Positions 50,654 through 58,703 of a DNA stretch of 64,000 nt are shown piece by piece. How positions within the stretch are numbered: position 1 is the stretch's first letter; each line of letters opens with the position of its first letter. The position numbers and the translations under genes are program-made. The DNA comes from Gemmatimonadota bacterium (GTDB lineage Bacteria; Gemmatimonadota; Gemmatimonadetes; Palauibacterales; Palauibacteraceae). Where the stretch lies: NCBI GenBank assembly GCA_039589875.1, contig JBDHGL010000017.1:5875-69874 (forward strand), in the 5' to 3' direction. Under the pieces are notes generated by a model. The model saw only the letters and a program-made list of their open reading frames with translations. It ran no database searches and was not told the origin of the DNA.

Positions 50654-51988
50654 ATGAACGCAGACGACAAGATCCGTGTATACGTGGACGATGCGCCGCT
50701 GGACATCTGGCCGTGGGCGCTCGTGCGGGATGCTCTGACCTGGCACTCCGGAGAGCTCGGTGCCTCCCAGCCGGAGAACCCCCTGACGGTTTACGACGGG
50801 GCTGGCTATCCCGTCGACCCGAACGGCCAGCTCGTTCAGGGAGCCCGGCTGTACTTGCGCTCCGATCGAGAAGCTGACACAACGGGCGCAAGCCGATCCG
50901 CGAGCAACGCGGGTGCGAAACGAGACAGGAGCGAAGCGGTGAACGATCAGACCGCAGAGCAGGATGCGCGCGAGCGCATCCACGCGATGCCGAAGACCGA
51001 CCTTCATGTTCACCTGGACGGGTCGTTGCGCCCTTCCACGATCCTCGAGCTTGCCGACCAGTACTCCGTCACGCTGCCCGCGAGCGATCCGGAGAGCCTG
51101 GCCGACTACATGCACGTCAAGGACGCGCGCAATCTGGAAGACTATCTGGAGCGCTTCGCGATCACCCTGTCGGTCATGCAGCATTCCGACGCGCTCGAAC
51201 GAATCGCTTACGAGCTCTGCGAAGATGCGGCGGCCGAGAACGTGCGCTACATGGAGATCCGCTACTCCCCGATCCTCATGACCCGAGAAGGTCTGCCGCT
51301 GCCGGAGACCGTCGAGGCCCCGCTCCGCGGGATCCGGAGGGCACGAGAGGAGTTCGGAATCGACTCGTCTCTGATCGTCTGCGGCATCCGCAACATGGAG
51401 CCGGACGTCTCACGCGACCTGGCCGACCTCACGATCGCCTTCAAGAACCGTGGAGTGGTTGCCTTCGACCTGGCCGGAGCCGAGTACAACTACCCGGCCA
51501 AGAAGCACAAGAACGCCTTCTACATGGTTCGGAACGCCAACGTCAGCGCCACCATCCACGCTGGCGAGGCCTACGGCCCCGAGTCCATCCATCAGGCGCT
51601 CCATTACTGCGGCGCGCATCGGATCGGCCACGGCACCCGGCTCTACGAGGATCCCGATCTCATGCAGTTCGTCAACGATCACCGGATCCCGCTCGAGATC
51701 TGCCTCACGAGCAACGTCCAGACGCGGGCGGTCGAGGACTTCCGGAGCCACCCCGTGCGCCTCTACTTCGATCGGGGCCTGGTGGTCAGCTTGCACACCG
51801 ACAACCGGCTGATGAGCGGAACCACCGTGACCGAGGAGCATGTGCGCGCCTGGAAGCACCTCGACTTCACGCTGGACGAGATCGCTGAGCTGGTCCTCAA
51901 CGGCTTCCGCAGCGCCTTTCTCCACGAACCCCAAAGAGAGGCCCTGCTGGCCGAAGTCGAGCCCAAGATCCGCGAACAGGTCGCCTGA
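50654..51988 (+). CDS. add: adenosine deaminase with ~110-aa N-terminal extension
   Basis: Core from ..MPKTDLHVHLDGS.. to SLHTDN and HAGE motifs; in-frame upstream MNADDKIRVYVDDAPLDIWPW.. region with no stop. Confidence 0.8.
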   Translation: MNADDKIRVYVDDAPLDIWPWALVRDALTWHSGELGASQPENPLTVYDGAGYPVDPNGQLVQGARLYLRSDREADTTGASRSASNAGAKRDRSEAVNDQTAEQDARERIHAMPKTDLHVHLDGSLRPSTILELADQYSVTLPASDPESLADYMHVKDARNLEDYLERFAITLSVMQHSDALERIAYELCEDAAAENVRYMEIRYSPILMTREGLPLPETVEAPLRGIRRAREEFGIDSSLIVCGIRNMEPDVSRDLADLTIAFKNRGVVAFDLAGAEYNYPAKKHKNAFYMVRNANVSATIHAGEAYGPESIHQALHYCGAHRIGHGTRLYEDPDLMQFVNDHRIPLEICLTSNVQTRAVEDFRSHPVRLYFDRGLVVSLHTDNRLMSGTTVTEEHVRAWKHLDFTLDEIAELVLNGFRSAFLHEPQREALLAEVEPKIREQVA

Positions 51989-52269
51989 TCACGGGGAGCC
52001 CGCCAAGCCCGTAAGCCGTTGCAAAGGCGGCTGATCCTTACTGACTCCCGCGCCAAGCCAGCTTTTACGCCAACATAGTTGCGCGGGGCCCACGGCGTCG
52101 CGAGTTCGCCGCTCTTGCGCCCCGGCCCAGGATCCTCTCATCGTGCTCGTCCGGCGCTGCCCTGGAGGGGCCCGATTCCGCTCCACCGCAGCGTCGAGGC
52201 TGTCTTGCCTGCCCGGCACGGAGGTCTCGCAGGCGAGGCTACGCCGTCGACACAGTTAGGGAGGTAGCC

Positions 52270-53571
52270 ATGCGACGACAAAGTCTCGCCCTGTTGCCCC
52301 TGTTCGCCGTCCTGGCGCTGGGGTGCGGAGACTCACCGACGACACCACCGGGCATCGATGCGACTCGGGGCGGCGTCCCCGCGAAGGCGGGCCCGCGGAA
52401 GGTCGTGAAGTTTGCGACTTTCAACGCATCGCTGAACCGGAACTTCCCCGATCAGCTCATGTCCGACATGGCAAGTGGAACGGACACGCAAGCGCAGGCC
52501 GTCGCCGAGATCATTCAGCGCACGCGGCCCGACGTCCTGCTCGTCAACGAGTTCGACTTCGACGCCGGCGGCGTGTCGATGCAGGGCTTCCAGGACAACT
52601 ACCTGTCCGTTCCTCAAAACTTCTCGGGACAAGGGCCGACGCAGCCGATCGTCTACCCCTTCCGCTACTCGGCGCCATCGAACACCGGCATACACTCGGG
52701 CTTCGACCTGGACCGGAGCGGAACCGTGGTAGACAATCCGGGACCGTTCCGCTTCGACCATGCGGGTGACGCGTTCGGCTTCGGGACGTTCGAGGGGCAA
52801 TTCGGGATGGCCGTCTACTCCATGTACCCGATCGACGTGGCGACGATAAGAACGTTTCAGCTCTTCGTATGGGCCGATATGCCCGGCGCGAACCTCCCCG
52901 TCGATCCCGGCACGGGTATGTCCTTTTATACGGACGAGGAACTCGAGGTCTTTCGGCTGTCCTCGAAGAGTCACTGGGATCTCCCGATTCAGATCGGAAA
53001 CAAGGTCGTCCACTTCCTCGTCAGCCATCCGACACCTCCGGTGTTCGACGGACCCGAGGACCGGAACGGGACCCGGAATAACGACGAGATCCGTTTCTGG
53101 GCAGACTACGTGATTCCCTCGCGGTCCGGATACATATACGATGACAACGGGATGTACGGCGGCCTGACGGGCGAGCTGTTCGTGATCGCCGGGGACCAGA
53201 ACGCAGACCCGTTCGACGGCGACAGCTTCCCGGGTGCGGCTCAACAGCTTCTCGACCACCCCTTGATCAACACCAAGGCAACGCCGGCCAGCGCCGGTGG
53301 CGTCGAGATGGCCGGACAGGGACCGCCGAACGACACCCACGTGGGCGACCCGGCGTTCGACACGGCCGACTTCAGCGAGGCCGCGTTCGGAGGCCCCGGC
53401 AACCTCCGCGCCGACTACGTGCTCCCGAGAAGGGAGCTCTCCATTCGAGACTCAGGGATCTTCTGGCCGACGTCGAGTGATCCGTTGTTCCCGCTCACCG
53501 GACCGGGATTCCCGGCGGTCAGCTCGGACCACCGGCTCGTGTGGATCGATGTCCAGGTCCCCGGAAGCTAA
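52270..53571 (+). CDS. endonuclease/exonuclease/phosphatase (EEP)-family lipoprotein, secreted
   Basis: Lipobox LALGC after signal; EEP-fold conserved Asn/Glu/Asp/His blocks; GGAGG RBS. Confidence 0.75.
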   Translation: MRRQSLALLPLFAVLALGCGDSPTTPPGIDATRGGVPAKAGPRKVVKFATFNASLNRNFPDQLMSDMASGTDTQAQAVAEIIQRTRPDVLLVNEFDFDAGGVSMQGFQDNYLSVPQNFSGQGPTQPIVYPFRYSAPSNTGIHSGFDLDRSGTVVDNPGPFRFDHAGDAFGFGTFEGQFGMAVYSMYPIDVATIRTFQLFVWADMPGANLPVDPGTGMSFYTDEELEVFRLSSKSHWDLPIQIGNKVVHFLVSHPTPPVFDGPEDRNGTRNNDEIRFWADYVIPSRSGYIYDDNGMYGGLTGELFVIAGDQNADPFDGDSFPGAAQQLLDHPLINTKATPASAGGVEMAGQGPPNDTHVGDPAFDTADFSEAAFGGPGNLRADYVLPRRELSIRDSGIFWPTSSDPLFPLTGPGFPAVSSDHRLVWIDVQVPGS

Positions 53572-53610
53572 GCGAAACGGGCGCTAGCCAGCCCGAATAG
53601 CGAAATACCA

Positions 53611-53650
53611 AAAAGAGGGCCCCCTTAGCCGGGGGCCCTCTGTCATTTAT
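53611..53650 (+). terminator. intrinsic terminator after EEP gene
   Basis: AGAGGGCCCCC-ttagcc-GGGGGCCCTCT hairpin followed by T-rich tract. Confidence 0.5.
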
Positions 53651-53654
53651 GCCT

Positions 53655-53682
53655 TTACGCGTGCGTTACATCCATGTAACAT
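53655..53682 (+). promoter_or_regulatory. TTTACG-N16-TAACAT promoter-like element overlapped by perfect palindrome GTTACAT-CC-ATGTAAC (53665-53680)
   Basis: Only AT-rich island in the window; ~145 nt upstream of the TonB-dependent receptor ATG. Confidence 0.35.
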
Positions 53683-53825
53683 ACGGTTGAGTCTGTTCAT
53701 ACACTTCTCCGCCACTTTGGAGAGGACGCGGTGCGCTATCCGCCCCGGCTATTTGGCTCGCCTCGCAGAGATCCTCACTCGCTGCAGGACTACACACATC
53801 CAACCCCCCCACTCGTGAGGTCCCC

Positions 53826-56800
53826 ATGAGTACACGATTTGTTAGAGCGACTCTGTCCCTAGCACTGGTCGCGATCGCGGCGCTCGTAACGACGGGTACG
53901 GCCTGGTCGCAGGTCGTGACGTCGGAGATTCGCGGCACCGTAACGGGTCAGGACGGCAACGCGATCGACGGTGTGCAGGTGATCGTCACCGACACCCGGA
54001 CGAACGCCACGTTCGGGACGCTCACGAACGCGAGCGGCCGGTACGCCGTGCTGCACCTCCAGCCCGGCGGGCCGTACACCGTGCAGGCGCAGAGCATCGG
54101 CTATCGGTCGGAAATCAAGCAGGGCGTCTCGGTCGTGCTCAGCCAGGCCGCCACGGTCAACTTCCAGCTACAGGTCTCGGCCGTCGAGGTCGAACCCCTC
54201 ACTGTTGGAGTGGACGCAGGCGAGGCCTCCGTGTTCAGCGCCGAGCACACAGGTCAGGCGACCCAGATCTCAGAGAAGGAGATCGAGACCTTCCCGACGC
54301 GATCGCGGAACATTCTGGAGCTGACGCTCCTCTCGCCGTACGTGAACCAGTTCGAGGACGCCCCGACGATCGCCGGGAAACCGAACCGGTACAACAACTT
54401 CCTGGTCGACGGAGCCGTCACCAACGACTTCTTCGGGGTCGGCGAGGGCGGAGCTCCCGGCAGCGACACCAACGCCAAGCCGATCTCCCTCTTGGCGGTG
54501 GAGCAGATGCAGATCCTGGTGGCACCGTTCGACGTCCGGCAGTCCAACTTCACCGGCGGCGTCATCAACGTCGTCACCAAGTCGGGCACGAACGAGTGGA
54601 CAACCAACTTCTTCGCGAGCTACTCCAGCGATGCCCTGACCGGAAGTATCGGTGAAGACCTAGCCGGCGATTTCAACGACACGCAGGTCGGCCTCAGCTT
54701 CGGCGGCCCAATCGCCAAGGACAAGGTGTTCTTCTTCGCGGCGGGCGAGTATCAGTCCGAGAACCGGCCGTTCGACAACCGGCTCATTGAGGAGGGAGGC
54801 GATCCCGCCGAGGCGGCCGAGATCGCGGCGATCCTCGAGAACACGTACGGCGTGAACGCCGGTAGCCCCGGAGCCGCGTCGCTCCCCAACCCGCGCACCA
54901 ACATCTTCGTCCGGTTCGATTTCAACCTGGGCCAGAAGAACCGGATCGTGCTGCGCGACAACTACATCAAGGGTACGGCCCAGACGGCGTGCAGTCGCGG
55001 CTTCTTCGGCTACTGCTTCACGTCCGGCCTCGGGCCGTTCACGACCGACTACAACTCGATCGTGGCAGAATGGTTCTCGCAAGTCGGCACCAACTGGAAC
55101 AACGAGCTGCTCATCAACTACTCGAGGACCCAGGAGAGCCGGAACTGCGACGAGACATACCAAGAGCTCACGGTCGGGAGCTCCGGCCCCGACTACCTCT
55201 TCGGTTGTTCGCGGTTCTCCCAGCGGAACGCGCAGGACCACAAGCTCTTCCAGCTCACGGACAACCTGACGGCGACCATGGGCGCCCACCGCCTCACGTT
55301 CGGAACGTCGAACGAGTTCTACAGCTTCTTCAACGTCTTCCAGGAGTCCGCCATCGGGCTGTACGAGTTCGCCGATGCGGACGCCCTCGCCGCCAATACC
55401 CCGTCCGAATACACGAAGCGCGTGCCCGCACCGGGAATCCCGACCCTCGACGATGCCGCCTCGGAATTCAACGCGATTCAGCTCGGCTTCTACGTCCAGG
55501 ACCAGTGGACAGCAAGTGACAAGCTCACATTCAACTTCGGGATCCGGGCCGACATCCCGATCCTCCCGGACAGCCCGCGCTTCAACCCGGAGGCAATGGA
55601 AATCCTGAACGTCAACACGTCGGAAGTCGCCTCGGGGAACGTGATCTTGCAGCCGCGTTTCGGCTTCAACTGGAACAACCAGGCAGATATGCCGACGCAG
55701 TTCCGGGGAGGCATCGGGATCTTCGCCGGTCGCAATCCGTACGTGTGGATCTCCAACTCCTACCAGAACACGGGTAAGGAGTCGAACATCCTCTCCTGTG
55801 GCGCGCTCAACTCGCCCGGGTTCGACCCGGACGAACGGCCCACGACCTGCACCGACGGGACCGGGGCCGGATCGGCGCTGCAAAGCACCTGGTACATGGA
55901 CCCGGACTTCAAATTCCCGACCGACCTCAAGATCAGCGGCGGGATCGACCAGGCGCTGCCTGGCGGAATCGCCGCGACGTTCGAGATCCTGTACACAAAG
56001 TCCATCAACGACGCGTTCTTCGAGGAACAGAACATTCGCTCGCAACAGGGAACGGACGAGACCCAGGGGAACCGCCCGGTCTACGGCACGCCCGTCGACT
56101 TCGACCCGGTGATCGGCCGCAGCTGCGGCGACAACGGAGGCTGTTTCACGGACTTCCGTATCGACGAGCGGTTCCGGCAGGTCGTGGAGCTGACGAACCA
56201 AAATCAGAACAAGTCCCTGATCCTCACCTTCCAGCTGCAGCGTCAGTTCATGGACTGGCTGGGGTTCAACACCTCCTACACGTTCGCGAACGTGGACGAC
56301 GTCCAGGTCCAGCAGTCGAGCCAGGCCACCTCCAACTTCGGCCGGAACTCGATCGATGCCGACCCCAACGATCCGGATCTGGTCTCGGGCTTTAACGAGC
56401 GGCCTCACAAGGTGGTGTTGGCCGCCACCGGTAGCTGGACATTCGGCGGCGGCTGGCTGTTCGAGGTGACGCCCCAGTACTTCGGGCAGTCGGGCCTACC
56501 GTACAGCCTCACCACCGAGGGTGACATCAACGGCGACGGCTATGCCTCGCCCGAGATCGGCCGGGACAATGACGGCCTCTACATTCCGAACAACTCGGAC
56601 GAGCTCGTCTGGAAGACGCCCGAGGATCAGATGCTATTCGATGAGCTGATCGCATCGAACGAGTGCCTCTCGTCGCAGAGGGGCAGCATCATGAAGCGAA
56701 GCAGCTGCCGCTATGACTGGAACAACCGGCTCTCCATGCAGTTCAGGTTCGGGATCCCGACCGGCTCCAGAGGCCGAATCGACTTCGTCGCGGACGTCAT

Positions 56801-57041
56801 CAACCTGTTCGGCTGGGAGTGGCGTGAGGGGGCCGCCGACCGCGGAGTCATCGTAACGGAAGTCGACGGAGGACGCTGCCCGAACCCCAGCCGCGCCGAC
56901 TGCGGGCCCGGCGACGATGGCGCCTTCATCTTCGACTACATCGGCCCGGAGGCGGACAGCGAAGGCAGGATCGATCCTGCTGGACCCCTGAGCCCCGAGT
57001 CGCGCACGCGCTGGCAGATCGGCATCCAGTTCGCCTTTTAA
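53826..57041 (+). CDS. TonB-dependent outer-membrane receptor with N-terminal carboxypeptidase-regulatory-like domain
   Basis: 1071 aa; signal peptide, CarboxypepD_reg-like beta-sandwich, plug, 22-strand barrel, C-terminal ..IGIQFAF. Confidence 0.9.
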   Translation: MSTRFVRATLSLALVAIAALVTTGTAWSQVVTSEIRGTVTGQDGNAIDGVQVIVTDTRTNATFGTLTNASGRYAVLHLQPGGPYTVQAQSIGYRSEIKQGVSVVLSQAATVNFQLQVSAVEVEPLTVGVDAGEASVFSAEHTGQATQISEKEIETFPTRSRNILELTLLSPYVNQFEDAPTIAGKPNRYNNFLVDGAVTNDFFGVGEGGAPGSDTNAKPISLLAVEQMQILVAPFDVRQSNFTGGVINVVTKSGTNEWTTNFFASYSSDALTGSIGEDLAGDFNDTQVGLSFGGPIAKDKVFFFAAGEYQSENRPFDNRLIEEGGDPAEAAEIAAILENTYGVNAGSPGAASLPNPRTNIFVRFDFNLGQKNRIVLRDNYIKGTAQTACSRGFFGYCFTSGLGPFTTDYNSIVAEWFSQVGTNWNNELLINYSRTQESRNCDETYQELTVGSSGPDYLFGCSRFSQRNAQDHKLFQLTDNLTATMGAHRLTFGTSNEFYSFFNVFQESAIGLYEFADADALAANTPSEYTKRVPAPGIPTLDDAASEFNAIQLGFYVQDQWTASDKLTFNFGIRADIPILPDSPRFNPEAMEILNVNTSEVASGNVILQPRFGFNWNNQADMPTQFRGGIGIFAGRNPYVWISNSYQNTGKESNILSCGALNSPGFDPDERPTTCTDGTGAGSALQSTWYMDPDFKFPTDLKISGGIDQALPGGIAATFEILYTKSINDAFFEEQNIRSQQGTDETQGNRPVYGTPVDFDPVIGRSCGDNGGCFTDFRIDERFRQVVELTNQNQNKSLILTFQLQRQFMDWLGFNTSYTFANVDDVQVQQSSQATSNFGRNSIDADPNDPDLVSGFNERPHKVVLAATGSWTFGGGWLFEVTPQYFGQSGLPYSLTTEGDINGDGYASPEIGRDNDGLYIPNNSDELVWKTPEDQMLFDELIASNECLSSQRGSIMKRSSCRYDWNNRLSMQFRFGIPTGSRGRIDFVADVINLFGWEWREGAADRGVIVTEVDGGRCPNPSRADCGPGDDGAFIFDYIGPEADSEGRIDPAGPLSPESRTRWQIGIQFAF

Positions 57042-57105
57042 GCGACTGGACCAGCTGAAGAGGCGGATCATGCCTGACAGCTGATTCGCCCCAACCTTTA
57101 CAAAA

Positions 57106-57142
57106 CGGCCCCCGTTCCGCTCACGCGGAACGGGGGCTTTCC
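57106..57142. terminator. bidirectional intrinsic terminator between TBDR (+) and lipoprotein gene (-)
   Basis: 13-bp perfect stem GCCCCCGTTCCGC/GCGGAACGGGGGC, loop tcac, flanked by A-tract 5' and TTT 3'. Confidence 0.5.
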
Positions 57143-57164
57143 GCATCTGGAAGCCGTCGGTCGA

Positions 57165-57350
57165 TCAGCCGCCCTCGAGCGGGCGCCGTCCCTGAAGACA
57201 TCTCGACAGGTCCTCGTTGTTGTCGTGGCTGAAGATGCCGCTCAGCTGGTCGGGGTCGCATTCCAACTGACCGGCTCCCGTAATGCCGCCCGCGCTGCAG
57301 GCGGACAGAAGAAGCGCCAGCATCGGCAGCAACATCCAGCGTTGAGCCAT
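57165..57350 (-). CDS. hypothetical small lipoprotein (61 aa)
   Basis: Internal ATG gives MAQRWMLLPMLALLLSAC.. signal with lipobox; otherwise unassigned. Confidence 0.35.
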   Translation of the reverse strand: MAQRWMLLPMLALLLSACSAGGITGAGQLECDPDQLSGIFSHDNNEDLSRCLQGRRPLEGG

Positions 57351-57486
57351 TCTCACGCTATCGCCCCGTACGAGGACCGCGCTCGCGAGTAAACTCCGAG
57401 ATTCCGAAGCGAGCATCGGACGCCATCCGTCGATTGGAGATGTGGGGACTCGATCGCCCGAATTGAGTTAATGGAGGTGCCTTGAG

Positions 57487-57601
57487 CCGGGCGAACGTAT
57501 CCTCGACGAGCGAATTAGCGCGACGGCACCGAGACCCCGCAGCGTAGCGAGGAGGCTCGGGGCCCAAAGCGCGCCAGCGAGGCGAGGATACGTTCGTCCG
57601 G
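57487..57601 (-). repeat. long imperfect inverted repeat (19-nt arms, 1 mismatch) enclosing an inner GC hairpin; structured RNA element or terminator downstream of fbp
   Basis: CCGGGCGAACGTATCCTCG ... CGAGGATACGTTCGTCCGG read directly; inner CCCCG/CGGGG stem. Confidence 0.4.
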
Positions 57602-57617
57602 CTCCTAACTGTACGTC

Positions 57618-58607
57618 TCAACCGCTCAAGCACTCCGCAGCGAGATCCACATACTCTGTGCTCCCCATATACGCCGGCACCCGCTGGTGCAGCTCGTGGG
57701 GCACGATGTCTAGGATCCTCTGCCGACCGTCGATCGCCGCACCACCCGCCTGCTCACACACCATGGCGAGCGGCGAGATCTCGTACAGGAGCCGCAGCTT
57801 GCCGCTCGGCGCGTTTGAGTCGGCCGGATACATGAAGAGCCCCCCGTACAGCAGGGTCCTGTGAAAGTCGGCCACGAGCGAACCGATATAACGCAGCGAG
57901 AAACCGCCCTCCCCCTTCAATCGTTCGACCAGCCTTTTCTGGCCCTCATCCCACCGGTCCGAGTATGCCTCGTTCACACTGTAGATGCGCTTCCCCGGGG
58001 AGGGGATCTGGATCCGGGGATGGGAGAGCAGGAAGGCGCCGATCGAGTTGTCCAGCGTGAAGCCGTGCACGCCTGCCCCGCTCGTGTAAACGAGAAGGGT
58101 CGAGGAACCGTACAGCACGTAGCCGGCAGCGACCTGATCCACGCCCGGCTGGAGCAGATCATCCAGCGCCCCGTCGCCGGTCTGCGGGTCACGCCGGCGG
58201 TGCACCGAGAAGATCGTCCCGATCGACACATTGGCGTCGATGTTGGAGCTCCCGTCCAGCGGATCGTACAGCAGCACGTAGTCTCCCTTGGGGAACTGCT
58301 CGGGGATCGGGATCGGCTGCTCCGATTCCTCGGAGGCCATCAGGCAAAGGTGGCCTCCGTGATCCAGCGCGTTGAAGATGACCTGGTTCGCGTACTCGTC
58401 GAGTTTCTGGACCTGCTCGCCGTGCACGTTCTCATCACCGGTTGCACCGATGATATCGATCAGCCCGGCCTTGTTCACCGCACGGCTGATCACTTTGGCA
58501 GCGAACGCGATGTCGTAGAGGATGCTCGTGAATTCCCCGGTCGCCTCCGGATGTCTTCGCTCTTCCTCTACGATGAACCGGTTGAGGGTGACGACGGCCT
58601 TCTTCAA
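57618..58607 (-). CDS. fbp: fructose-1,6-bisphosphatase class I
   Basis: Aligns with E. coli Fbp from (M)KKAVVTLNRFIVEE..; metal-binding DPLDGSSN; TTG start at 58607 preceded by GGAGG, preferred over ATG at 58667. Confidence 0.9.
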   Translation of the reverse strand: MKKAVVTLNRFIVEEERRHPEATGEFTSILYDIAFAAKVISRAVNKAGLIDIIGATGDENVHGEQVQKLDEYANQVIFNALDHGGHLCLMASEESEQPIPIPEQFPKGDYVLLYDPLDGSSNIDANVSIGTIFSVHRRRDPQTGDGALDDLLQPGVDQVAAGYVLYGSSTLLVYTSGAGVHGFTLDNSIGAFLLSHPRIQIPSPGKRIYSVNEAYSDRWDEGQKRLVERLKGEGGFSLRYIGSLVADFHRTLLYGGLFMYPADSNAPSGKLRLLYEISPLAMVCEQAGGAAIDGRQRILDIVPHELHQRVPAYMGSTEYVDLAAECLSG

Positions 58608-58703
58608 ATGAGCCTCCCGGGTTCGGTTACGGTCCCGCCGGTCTCGCTTCGCAAGATGTGGACGCATAGCGAGCCGCGGTAGCGTCCGGTCACGCCACGC
58701 AGC

